IMG/VR virus record: IMGVR_UViG_3300041411_000178
Span: 160,005-224,004 of that record
Direction: 5' to 3' (one strand)
Length of the DNA stretch: 64,000 bases
Every line of letters starts with the position of its first letter. Position 1 is the first letter of the stretch. Under the pieces are notes generated by a model, which worked only from the letters and a program-made list of their open reading frames with translations, ran no database searches and was not told where the DNA came from. This document shows positions 26,105 to 34,627 of this stretch, one piece after another. A program made the translations under genes and the position numbers.

Positions 26105-26691
26105 TGATTAAGAAAGGACTTTGTTTTACTGACGACTTTCCATTGCGCAATGCAGGAGAGGCTCAGTTCAGGGTGTCGCGTGAAAAGGGTGAAATCATTA
26201 CCCATTCGGTTCCTTGGCAGCGACGCCAACGCACTATCCTGGTACGTCATGGTTTTCGTGATCCGATTAAGTTCTACGCGGTAACGGAAACAGCTCACGG
26301 TAATCTGATTGCCATGAGTGACGGTCACTACACTCGCTACTACTGGCTCAATGCCATGGGTCGTCGTGACACGTATCTGCTTCAAGGTTCCTCTGCTACC
26401 TTTGAGGAAGCGTGGGAACATCTGTTTGAAGCGCTGGTACTTGATGGACGGGCTCCGTCTATTGGGCTGTACAACCGAATCAGTTTCCTCTTCATCTGGT
26501 ACTTCAATCAGATCGAGGATCAACCGGTTCGTCGTGCCACTGAAGGTTTGTGGCGTGGTGTCAAGAAAGAAGTATTGTTCGAATGGTTACCCGAGATTGG
26601 CAAGCGCGCTGTTCGCGTAACTATTGCTGGTTCCCAACCCGTTGCAGTACCCCTGGCGGACCACCCGCTGGTAGGCTTGCTGCGCAAATAA
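26104..26691 (+). CDS. hypothetical protein, paralogue of 26709-27164
   Basis: EEAWEHLFEALVLDGRAPSIGLYNRISFLFIWYF versus EEAIEQLFKELVMDDREAAINYYNLVSGFFIYYF. Confidence 0.8.
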   Translation: MIKKGLCFTDDFPLRNAGEAQFRVSREKGEIITHSVPWQRRQRTILVRHGFRDPIKFYAVTETAHGNLIAMSDGHYTRYYWLNAMGRRDTYLLQGSSATFEEAWEHLFEALVLDGRAPSIGLYNRISFLFIWYFNQIEDQPVRRATEGLWRGVKKEVLFEWLPEIGKRAVRVTIAGSQPVAVPLADHPLVGLLRK

Positions 26692-26708
26692 GTTAAGAGG
26701 CAAATGAA

Positions 26709-27164
26709 ATGACAAATGCACAACGCCAGTACCACCAACTGTTTACCCTGCGTCTCGACAATGGTCAACAACTTAAAGTGTGTTCTTACGAGCACCAGAC
26801 CTCTTACATCGTGTCGGACACCCCAAACCGTGGCGGTACCATGTACCTCATCCAAAAGCCTTCTCACACGCCTGAGGAAGCTATTGAGCAGTTGTTCAAA
26901 GAACTTGTCATGGATGATCGTGAAGCAGCGATCAACTACTACAACCTGGTTAGCGGTTTCTTCATCTACTACTTCAGTGGGGATGAGGAAGGTAAATTCA
27001 AAGCGACCCTGACCAGTCGCTGGCACAGTCTGTTCCTCCACGTGGATCTGGAACGTCGTCCTGGTCTGGATGGCTCTTTGATGTTCTTCCACATCCATGA
27101 CAAAGAAGTGATGGTGTCTCTGCAAACGCACCCGATTGTGTACATACTGGCTAAACAGCAGTAA
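26709..27164 (+). CDS. hypothetical protein, paralogue of 26104-26691
   Basis: GAGG RBS; shared block as above. Confidence 0.8.
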   Translation: MTNAQRQYHQLFTLRLDNGQQLKVCSYEHQTSYIVSDTPNRGGTMYLIQKPSHTPEEAIEQLFKELVMDDREAAINYYNLVSGFFIYYFSGDEEGKFKATLTSRWHSLFLHVDLERRPGLDGSLMFFHIHDKEVMVSLQTHPIVYILAKQQ

Positions 27165-27218
27165 CCACAATCTTACGCTTGAAATAAAAACGCCAGCAGC
27201 TATGTAAGGGGACAAAGC

Positions 27219-27413
27219 ATGCCAGTAGTAGAGATGACTATCGAAGAACGCATTGGCGAGATCACCCGCGAATGTACCAAGCAGTTGTTGGGTTTGGTGT
27301 TGGAGTACGACCCCACAGAGGAAATCTGGACCGGTTACTTCGACGACAGTCCTGAAATAAAGGGTACTCTCGAAGAAGTTATCGAAGGACTCGAAGCTGA
27401 GTTGAATCTCTAA
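27219..27413 (+). CDS. small acidic hypothetical protein (64 aa)
   Basis: AAGGGG RBS; last gene before the convergent terminator. Confidence 0.7.
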   Translation: MPVVEMTIEERIGEITRECTKQLLGLVLEYDPTEEIWTGYFDDSPEIKGTLEEVIEGLEAELNL

Positions 27414-27480
27414 GCAGCTATAACTACCTCCTACCCTTTGCGGGGTAGGAGGTAGTTAGCCTGTTTCTTTATTTTTTGTT
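27412..27480. terminator. bidirectional terminator at a convergent junction
   Basis: TAACTACCTCCTACCC/GGGTAGGAGGTAGTTA stem; T-rich run on plus, TTATAGCTGCTT tail on minus. Confidence 0.75.
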
Positions 27481-27493
27481 TTAACCAATTGCA

Positions 27494-27952
27494 TTAAGCA
27501 GCCATGGCCACTGGCTTCGGTTCGGTTGGGTTATTTACAAGTCGGTGTATTGTTACACCCGCCATGATAACCTTCTTCTTCCACGGCGTAACATTGAGCA
27601 CGTCCATGGATTCTTTCAGGATGGCGTCGATCTGTTTGCGTGTTACTTTCACCTGGATAGGCTTGCCGTTTACCACCTGGATAATCTTGTAAGTCGTACA
27701 GAGCTTATCGTGCAGTGTGGTGCACTGGGTGTATTCACCGATAGGGGGAAGAAGCCACCACAACCAGCGTGGAATAGTCGCCCCATCAGTTTTGAAGTTG
27801 GTCTCCACATCTACGTAACGAGTGGAGTTCTCCTCGCCGATGTAATAACGAAACCCAGGAATGGTATCCCAGATATCCTTGTTATTAAGCACACTGGCGG
27901 TTTTATCATAACGCAGTTGTTCTTCGGCGCTGAAACGCGTGAATGTGCTCAT
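27494..27952 (-). CDS. DUF1353-family protein
   Basis: FKTDGATIPRWLW...PIGEYTQCTTLHD...RKQIDAILKESM..LNV..WK matches the DUF1353 pattern. Confidence 0.85.
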   Translation of the reverse strand: MSTFTRFSAEEQLRYDKTASVLNNKDIWDTIPGFRYYIGEENSTRYVDVETNFKTDGATIPRWLWWLLPPIGEYTQCTTLHDKLCTTYKIIQVVNGKPIQVKVTRKQIDAILKESMDVLNVTPWKKKVIMAGVTIHRLVNNPTEPKPVAMAA

Positions 27953-27963
27953 GGAGATCCTCT

Positions 27964-28689
27964 CTAGAACGGCACTGGAGTATAAGGGTGAATGTACCGG
28001 GCGTAATCACTGAACCGAATACGACCGATGTTTGAAATTGCGGCTGGAGCTACCGTACTCAGCCAGCCAAGACGGATGGTATTAAGTTTACCCATGCCCG
28101 CTTCTTTGTTAAAGCTATTTCTTGTAACCTGGTTAGCTGCACCGCCAACAATGTTCCAGTTAGTAACCTTTTGCGGAACTCCGTCTTTAAAGACAAAAAT
28201 CACACCTTGCCTACAAACTAGAGCCATGCGCTGGAGAATCCCAACTGTACTTTGTTTGGTACCAGGAATACGCCAAAAATCAGCTTCGTTTGTACCAACC
28301 CCAGCTATGTTTTGCAGCTGGCTGCCATAACCGGCGTCAGTCCAACGAGAAACCAGCCACTTACTTGCGGTGGTGCTGCATCGTATCTCGCCGTCATAAC
28401 GAGTAGCCTGGTACGCAGAACCCATACGCGACCATTCGAGTGTCCAATCGTTTGCATCCAACTCAAGAGGAGTCGGTATGGTGATCAGCATGTAACTCGT
28501 TATGGAAGGCAGTTTGGTCGTTGGGAATCCGTCAATTAAATATGTTGTGTCCACTGTCGCGCCGGAGACCGTAACCGAGGCGTTGTTATTTATTAGGTCG
28601 GTGCGTGTCTCATGGTCGAACAAAAACACACCTGGCAAATCGGGAGGTTGTTCCGCGACTTGTGTAGTCGTTAACAATGTTTCTATCAT
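27964..28689 (-). CDS. LamG/concanavalin-A-like tail-fibre-associated protein
   Basis: DWTLEW...MALVCRQGVIFVFKDG...IRFSDYARY beta-sandwich pattern; located in the tail-fibre operon. Confidence 0.7.
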   Translation of the reverse strand: MIETLLTTTQVAEQPPDLPGVFLFDHETRTDLINNNASVTVSGATVDTTYLIDGFPTTKLPSITSYMLITIPTPLELDANDWTLEWSRMGSAYQATRYDGEIRCSTTASKWLVSRWTDAGYGSQLQNIAGVGTNEADFWRIPGTKQSTVGILQRMALVCRQGVIFVFKDGVPQKVTNWNIVGGAANQVTRNSFNKEAGMGKLNTIRLGWLSTVAPAAISNIGRIRFSDYARYIHPYTPVPF

Positions 28690-28707
28690 TTTGTCCCACC
28701 GATTAAG

Positions 28708-28735
28708 TAACCCTCCCTCCGAAGAGGGAGGTTAA
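28708..28735 (-). terminator. intra-operon UUCG hairpin without a U-tract
   Basis: Minus strand AACCTCCCTC-TTCG-GAGGGAGG(G)TT between two co-directional genes. Confidence 0.55.
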
Positions 28736-28738
28736 CGC

Positions 28739-29395
28739 TTACGCAGTAAAGAAGTCTTCTGCGGTTGGCAGGGTTGGGAGGTCTTCGATAGTCGTCGCGG
28801 CATCAGCGCCGTCTTTGACATCCCAGGTCTTCTTGTAGCCAACGGTGGAGGCAACGAACGCAGCATCAGCCACAGCTACCATCTCAGCAGCGTTGATCGA
28901 AACCACGGCGTTCTCGTAGACACGGAACTCGAAGGTCATATCGCCACCGGCCGCGATCACTTCCTTGGCAACGGTACGGAGACCGAGCAGGTTCGAGCGG
29001 TCAGTGTTACGGATCTGGACGTGGTAAATGTTCTCACCGAAGGTGTGTGGGAAACCGCGCTCGAACTGAGAGATCCGCAAGGTTTCCGCCTGGGCTTGCA
29101 GAGTTGCCTTGGCATTTGCCAGACGTTCAGCCAGCTCTACTTCGCCATAGCTGCGAGAGATCCAGGTCTGGGTCCACTCACCGTCGATTTCTTCAGGAGG
29201 CCCTTCCGAAACAACGTCGTTAACTGGAGCCGGGACTTCCTTAACGACTTCGATACCGAATTCGATCAGGGTTTCAGCATCGGTAGTAGGACCGAATGCG
29301 GTGTGTGGTGCGTATTTGGCCAGGCTGTCCATGAAGAGTGGGTACGTGCCGGACTCAGCATGGATCAGACGGGTTTGACGAGTTACTGTTGTCAT
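28739..29395 (-). CDS. DUF4376-like tail-fibre assembly protein
   Basis: N-terminal EGPPEEIDGEWTQTW; C-terminal DRSNL...FRVYEN...SINAAEMVAVA...W..KD...AATTIEDL. Confidence 0.7.
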   Translation of the reverse strand: MTTVTRQTRLIHAESGTYPLFMDSLAKYAPHTAFGPTTDAETLIEFGIEVVKEVPAPVNDVVSEGPPEEIDGEWTQTWISRSYGEVELAERLANAKATLQAQAETLRISQFERGFPHTFGENIYHVQIRNTDRSNLLGLRTVAKEVIAAGGDMTFEFRVYENAVVSINAAEMVAVADAAFVASTVGYKKTWDVKDGADAATTIEDLPTLPTAEDFFTA

Positions 29396-29404
29396 GATGA
29401 TTCC

Positions 29405-30310
29405 TTACAGAACGAGTTCGAAAAGAGGACGCCAGCCGTGGCTGGGGTGAGTCGCGGCAGTTGTCAGGCTGACGTTCAGTGCGTCAGGGTTAGTACCACT
29501 GCCGCGGTTAATACAAACGTTGTTTTGCAGATCGGTGGAGAAGGTGATCCAGCTACCATTGATCAGATCATCCACGGATTTAATCCCCAGCGCCTCTGGA
29601 AAGCTACGGATCTGGAACGCGTATGGAAGGATAAGGTCGTACTCGCCCCCAATCTGATCTGCCGCAACCGCGCTGGTGCTCGACATCACCGCACGAGACG
29701 TTGGTACCCGCATGATGAGCTGGTGATCGCCTTTATTAACTGTCTTGGCCTGTGCGATGGTACCAAAGGTAGTCTTGGCATACGGTGCCCAGTCAGCACT
29801 TGGGAAGTTACCGTAGATAACGCCCGCGCGATACAACAATTCCCAGTTAATGTTAGAGTACAGCGCCTGGCTTGCGATAAAGAGGATTTTTCCTTTATAC
29901 ACAAACTTCAGCCACCCCAAGTCAGCGGCCGTGTTCTCAGTGTTTCCCGCTACGATAGTGCCGACAAAGTTTTTGCACTCTTGAGTACTGAACAGGTCAG
30001 ACATCGGCATTTTGCCAAAGTACCCGAAGTTCCAGTCGCCCCGCAACAGCGCTTGAGGACCAGGACCGGTATAAGGCATGTAAGCCAATACCTTGTTAGG
30101 CGTCAACGCTACTTCAGTGCCCTTGCGAGAGGCCACACGATAGTAGTACACCTGGTTACGCACAGCGGTGTTATCGGTGTAGGTCAATGTCCCGCCCGGA
30201 ACTACCGCTAACGATGCAGGGAGCGCGGCGTCAGCGATAGGTGTGACTGAGCGATAGATCGTGTAATCGTCCGCCGAGTTAGGGTCGGACCAATCAATTT
30301 TGATGGGCAT
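29405..30310 (-). CDS. tail-associated paralogue 5: FN3-like N-domain plus WxPVLEL-type domain
   Basis: PGPQALLRGDWNFGYFG, WLKFVYKGKILFIA, LYRAGVIYG and GWRPLFEL; resembles the phiKZ gp131-135-type family. Confidence 0.8.
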   Translation of the reverse strand: MPIKIDWSDPNSADDYTIYRSVTPIADAALPASLAVVPGGTLTYTDNTAVRNQVYYYRVASRKGTEVALTPNKVLAYMPYTGPGPQALLRGDWNFGYFGKMPMSDLFSTQECKNFVGTIVAGNTENTAADLGWLKFVYKGKILFIASQALYSNINWELLYRAGVIYGNFPSADWAPYAKTTFGTIAQAKTVNKGDHQLIMRVPTSRAVMSSTSAVAADQIGGEYDLILPYAFQIRSFPEALGIKSVDDLINGSWITFSTDLQNNVCINRGSGTNPDALNVSLTTAATHPSHGWRPLFELVL

Positions 30311-30321
30311 TTAACCCTCCG

Positions 30322-31266
30322 TTAAGCAGGAATTAATTCAAGAACAGGGACCCAAGAAATCCAGGCCCCAGCGGCAGAACCGGTAATCGCACGACCGAAG
30401 ACGTCAGACCAGTTAGAGTTACTGACCGACATGTTGCTAGTTCCACTGAAGTGCTGAGTGGCCATTAGTGGATAAGGAACACCAGAGGCGTCGCCCCACT
30501 TGAATGGCTGTAGCAGCGGGACGTCGGCGGCCAGGATTGCGGTGGTCATGGAGCACATCAACTCACACCACTCACTGCCTTTAAAGGTTGTGCGGTCCGG
30601 AACGTTTTGATCGGTTGGCAACGTACTGTTCTTGGGGATACGAACCAAGAAGCTATCGCTACCCACAGTGACAACCTTTTTCTGGTTGACCAAGGTGTTA
30701 ATGGCAGGCTGAGCACCCACAGCGGTAAGGTTAAACGGAGCAGCCCCAGGACCGTCGACACCATAAACTAAACCGGCGTTGTAGATCTGAGACCAGGTAG
30801 CCCCACCCTGCGCTGTAAAGGGTGCGTTAGGGAAGAACAGGATCTTTCCCTTAAACACGAACTTGTACCAACCTGTCATGGTGCCATCAGCAGGCGCACC
30901 GCCAATAGATGGAGAGCCAACGGCCGCACGTAAACCGGATATGGTGAACATCTGAGCGGCAGGAATGAAGCCCATGTAACCAGCATTCCAATCACCACGT
31001 AGTACCGTGTTGTTACCGGGACCCGTTTTGGAGAAGTTGCCGTACTGCATGCACTGGCTGTATTGTGTGGTAGCTCCGGCCTTCACTGCTTCCAGCATGT
31101 AGTAACGGACGCTTCTGTCTGGGACAGTAGTGTCCGTATACGTCACATCCGAAGCACCCAGCGTTACGGTGTTAGCAGGAAGCGTGTTCCAGGTGAATGG
31201 TGAGTCTGACCAGTACAGCGTCAGGGAGTCAACAGACATTGGAGACCAATCGATTTTGATAGACAT
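30322..31266 (-). CDS. tail-associated paralogue 4
   Basis: GPGNNTVLRGDWNAGYMG, WYKFVFKGKILF, YNAGLVYG and SWVPVLEL. Confidence 0.8.
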   Translation of the reverse strand: MSIKIDWSPMSVDSLTLYWSDSPFTWNTLPANTVTLGASDVTYTDTTVPDRSVRYYMLEAVKAGATTQYSQCMQYGNFSKTGPGNNTVLRGDWNAGYMGFIPAAQMFTISGLRAAVGSPSIGGAPADGTMTGWYKFVFKGKILFFPNAPFTAQGGATWSQIYNAGLVYGVDGPGAAPFNLTAVGAQPAINTLVNQKKVVTVGSDSFLVRIPKNSTLPTDQNVPDRTTFKGSEWCELMCSMTTAILAADVPLLQPFKWGDASGVPYPLMATQHFSGTSNMSVSNSNWSDVFGRAITGSAAGAWISWVPVLELIPA

Positions 31267-31275
31267 GGAATCCCC

Positions 31276-32220
31276 TTAGACTTCAATCAGCTCCAGCACA
31301 GGCCACCAGCCGTAGTTCAGGCCGTTCCAAGTAGCGGCGTTACGGTTGGCAATGCCGGTACGGTTAGCAGCAGTGTTTCCGCGAACAAGGTTGTTGGCAG
31401 TGTTACCCGCTGCAACACGTTCTTGAACAATGCTGCCGGTGGTAACACCTGTGGACGCCATGTACAGATCTGCGACCGTGGCTTGTTGAACGTTGGCCAT
31501 ACGCTGTAGATCGGGGCAATACATGGAAAGCGGGTACGCCAGGTCGTTCCACTCATTTGGCCACAGTTCGGTTGGTTCGGTTGCGGCAGGAGTACCAGGA
31601 TAGCGGACCAAGGTGTCATCAAAGCCCGTCATGCAGCGTACACGGAACTGTTCGCCACCGATAGTTACCTTGGCACTCTGATTAACGTTAGCGCCGGCGT
31701 TGGAAGGTCCTGGACCGTCTACGCCGTATACTAACCCGAGGTCATAAAGCACTTTCCAGCTGAGACTGCCACACAGCGGGCCGTTAGGAACGTACAGAAC
31801 CTTGCCATTACGGATCCACTTATGCCAGATAGGACCTTGTTGGTTGACCACTCCAACGGTGAGACCAACTGCTGTACGAAGATCGTTGGTATTGATCAGT
31901 TCGCCAGAAGACATCGAACCGAAATAGCCGTAAGAGAAGTCACCGATCTGGATAGTAGTGGGCCCAGGGCCTTTCCGTGGTACAGCACGGATAGGGATGT
32001 TTGGAGTGCTTTGTTTGTCGGCACCCACGATGGTTTCAATCACGTAGTAATACAACGTGTCACGAACCGTAGTGGTATCGGTATAGGTGTTTTCACCCGC
32101 CGAGAGAGTGGCGATTGGGTTAGCGAGGTTAGCCCGATCGAGCGGAGCAGTCCCGCGATAGATTTTCGTTACGAACGTTCCTGGAGCACCCAGGTTAGTC
32201 CAGTTTAATACTGTATCCAT
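31276..32220 (-). CDS. tail-associated paralogue 3
   Basis: GPGPTTIQIGDFSYGYFG, WHKWIRNGKVLY, LYDLGLVYG and GWWPVLEL. Confidence 0.8.
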   Translation of the reverse strand: MDTVLNWTNLGAPGTFVTKIYRGTAPLDRANLANPIATLSAGENTYTDTTTVRDTLYYYVIETIVGADKQSTPNIPIRAVPRKGPGPTTIQIGDFSYGYFGSMSSGELINTNDLRTAVGLTVGVVNQQGPIWHKWIRNGKVLYVPNGPLCGSLSWKVLYDLGLVYGVDGPGPSNAGANVNQSAKVTIGGEQFRVRCMTGFDDTLVRYPGTPAATEPTELWPNEWNDLAYPLSMYCPDLQRMANVQQATVADLYMASTGVTTGSIVQERVAAGNTANNLVRGNTAANRTGIANRNAATWNGLNYGWWPVLELIEV

Positions 32221-32231
32221 TGTTCAATTCC

Positions 32232-33245
32232 TTAGGCGACGTATGAGCCAGTAATTGTGAATGCTTTAAGCGTTGGGCTTTCGTTTGTCCCCCTGACCCC
32301 GGCCGCTCTCATGGCCTGGCCAGAAAAGCTATACTGAACCTGAGGAAGCTGATAGGCCCAATTCTTCTGTCGTACGTTCTGCGCTCTCTGAGCGACCGTA
32401 ACGCCTGTCCATTGACGGACGTCCGTAATGACAGGGGCAAATGGACCGGGTGTTCTGTAAAGTAGTTGATAGGGATCTTTGGCTTCTGTGTCCGGAATAA
32501 GTTCTAGGACGGGTCTCCAGAAGTGTTGGTTAAAGCTGCCTGATATACGGTCAGTCTTGAGGGCGACTCGATACGCGCCCATGATCTGTCCGCTACCGCC
32601 ATCACCGCGGATGATCGTCTGGTTGACGTTAGTGGAAACCGTCTCCATTACAATCGAATCAGGACTTGAGTTAGTCCAGCCCAGAGGAGCGTAACCGAAG
32701 GTTGCAAATTTGGGAGTGATACCTCCATCTGTTGCAACACTACAACGACCTAGCAGTTGGCTCCACTCACCGGCATGAATGTTGGTACTGCCGCTGTTGG
32801 TAACGGGGTCAACATCGTAACCTTTGACCAGTCGAGGTTTGAGCACCCACAGCTTCTCTCCCTCGTACTTCGGCATCTGAATAAACTGATGCTTAGGTGT
32901 GGCGAGAGGATACTTGCCGTTATCCCGAGTGCCGTATACCAAACCAGCCGCATACAGATCCGCCCACGAAATATTGGTCCGGAAAGGTCGCTTGGCAATA
33001 TAGATGATCTTGCCATTCCAGATAAACTTTAACCAGTGGTTAGCACCCTGAGTAAGCCCGCTATTGTCATCACCCTGGTACAGCCCGGCAGCACCTGCTA
33101 CTTGAGAAATGCCAAACAACTGTGTGTCTGTTACTTCGCCAAAGTAACCCAAGGTCTCATCACCGCCAATCAGCGCCTTAGGACCAGGCCCTGAGTTGTT
33201 GATGTAAATCGTTTTACCCCCCGTAGAGAGTAGTGCTTCATTCAT
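32232..33245 (-). CDS. tail-associated paralogue 2
   Basis: Start moved to ATG 33245 (MNEALLST) after GAGGTG, paralleling MNEAMLAT of the upstream gene; PGPKALIGGDETLGYFG...FWRPVLEL. Confidence 0.8.
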   Translation of the reverse strand: MNEALLSTGGKTIYINNSGPGPKALIGGDETLGYFGEVTDTQLFGISQVAGAAGLYQGDDNSGLTQGANHWLKFIWNGKIIYIAKRPFRTNISWADLYAAGLVYGTRDNGKYPLATPKHQFIQMPKYEGEKLWVLKPRLVKGYDVDPVTNSGSTNIHAGEWSQLLGRCSVATDGGITPKFATFGYAPLGWTNSSPDSIVMETVSTNVNQTIIRGDGGSGQIMGAYRVALKTDRISGSFNQHFWRPVLELIPDTEAKDPYQLLYRTPGPFAPVITDVRQWTGVTVAQRAQNVRQKNWAYQLPQVQYSFSGQAMRAAGVRGTNESPTLKAFTITGSYVA

Positions 33246-33257
33246 AACGTTCACCTC

Positions 33258-33285
33258 TGGCATACAAACCTCCCCGGAGGGAGGT
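33258..33285 (-). terminator. intra-operon hairpin with a TTGTATGCC tail
   Basis: Minus strand ACCTCCC-TCCG-GGGAGGT then TTGTATGCCAG. Confidence 0.5.
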
Positions 33286-33300
33286 GAGTATGTTTAACAG

Positions 33301-34560
33301 TTAAGGTGCTGGTCCGATAAGCTCTAGTACCGGTCTCCAGCCGTAGCCACCGTGTGTGGATCCCGGAGCCTGATACCAAAGTCCGTTGAAGCCAGGATAC
33401 CCGCGAGTCAATGGTCCGTTACCAGCCCAGTGTTCTTGGCAAAGTGTGAGCTCGCCGTTACCAGTACTGTTGTTCCAATAAACATCTGCGTTGCTGTAGT
33501 TGGCCCACCGATCATTAGCCGAGCCCTGATAGTTAACGGTCACACGAGCAAAGTACGCATCGTATTCACCGCCAGCAGCGCTCGCTGGATCCGGACCGTT
33601 ACCGCCCGTCATGAGACGGACCTTATAAAGGTTCCCGGCGATCTCGATGGTCTTGGTGCCTTTAGCAGCACCCATGGCATCGAGCGTCTCCCACAACACG
33701 GCTGTGCGCATTGGCTTCATCGCGATGTAGAACGTTTTACCGTTATCAATAAACTTCAACCAGCTTGGATTATCGTCTGGCGGTGTAATGCCGGTGATAC
33801 CCAGTTCTGTTGCTAAAGCGTTGGCCGTGATGAGATCCGCACCTGCTACCTCACCTTTAAACGGACTCGGTGGAATGCTGGACTTCTTAACCAGCATCGG
33901 TCTCCAGCCGTAATACGTTTGCGGGTTGTTAGCCGGCATGTTCCAGATACCCATGATCGGGTGGTTACCGCTGGAGTTCTGCCAGTCGTTGCCGCGCAAG
34001 CAAAAACCGTTGGCGAGCTGCTCTGCACAGATGGTAAAAACACCATCACTCAGGTCAGTACCGCCAGGAGCACCAAGACCCAGCATTGTCCGGGTGTAAT
34101 CACCCCAGATAGGTGCTGACTCGATACCTACACGATCCGTGTTGTCGTATATCGCATACATGTAACGGTTCCAGTTACCGCCGGCGTTTGAAGGCACAGA
34201 GGAACCTGAAGGAGAGATTGCACCGGTCATTAACTGACAGATGTAAACTTCGCCTTGAATCGTTACTTCTTTTGCACCACCATTGGTAGCAGCGGCAATG
34301 GCTTCGTAAGTGGTGGCGTAACGAATAGGCTTCTTAGCAATGTACAGCTCAAGCCCACTCTCTTCAATGAAATGTAACCAACCACCGTCGACGTTCATTG
34401 GAGCGCCGGTGTCCAGTCCAACCAGTCCAGCCAGCGTATCCCCGTAAGTAAAGTCTGCCGACTTCGTTATTCCTTTAAACGGAGTCCCCTCTGGGAAAGG
34501 GATGTCAGAGTTGTCATTGGCTCCTGTCTTATATGCCGTTGCAAGCATCGCTTCATTCAT
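33301..34560 (-). CDS. tail-associated paralogue 1 (two tandem WRP-type domains)
   Basis: Two copies of P-F-KG...WLxFI...YIAxKPxR...YxxxLMTG...GWRP(M/V)L. Confidence 0.8.
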   Translation of the reverse strand: MNEAMLATAYKTGANDNSDIPFPEGTPFKGITKSADFTYGDTLAGLVGLDTGAPMNVDGGWLHFIEESGLELYIAKKPIRYATTYEAIAAATNGGAKEVTIQGEVYICQLMTGAISPSGSSVPSNAGGNWNRYMYAIYDNTDRVGIESAPIWGDYTRTMLGLGAPGGTDLSDGVFTICAEQLANGFCLRGNDWQNSSGNHPIMGIWNMPANNPQTYYGWRPMLVKKSSIPPSPFKGEVAGADLITANALATELGITGITPPDDNPSWLKFIDNGKTFYIAMKPMRTAVLWETLDAMGAAKGTKTIEIAGNLYKVRLMTGGNGPDPASAAGGEYDAYFARVTVNYQGSANDRWANYSNADVYWNNSTGNGELTLCQEHWAGNGPLTRGYPGFNGLWYQAPGSTHGGYGWRPVLELIGPAP

Positions 34561-34576
34561 TTCACGATCCTTTAAT

Positions 34577-34620
34577 GAAAAAGTAACACAAGGAACCTCC
34601 CCGAAAGGAGGCCCCTGTGT
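34577..34620 (-). terminator. intrinsic terminator/attenuator after the tail-fibre gene
   Basis: Minus strand CACAGGGGCCTCC-TTTCG-GGGAGGTTCCTTGTG then TTACTTTTTC. Confidence 0.6.
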
Positions 34621-34627
34621 TCAGCGG

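Noticed and set aside
31290-31400. Possible diversity-generating retroelement (AAC-rich tip of paralogue 3 resembles a template region)
   Set aside because: No reverse transcriptase and no second near-identical copy differing only at adenines were seen in the window, and AAC is simply the preferred Asn codon here. The rest of the genome remains unchecked.
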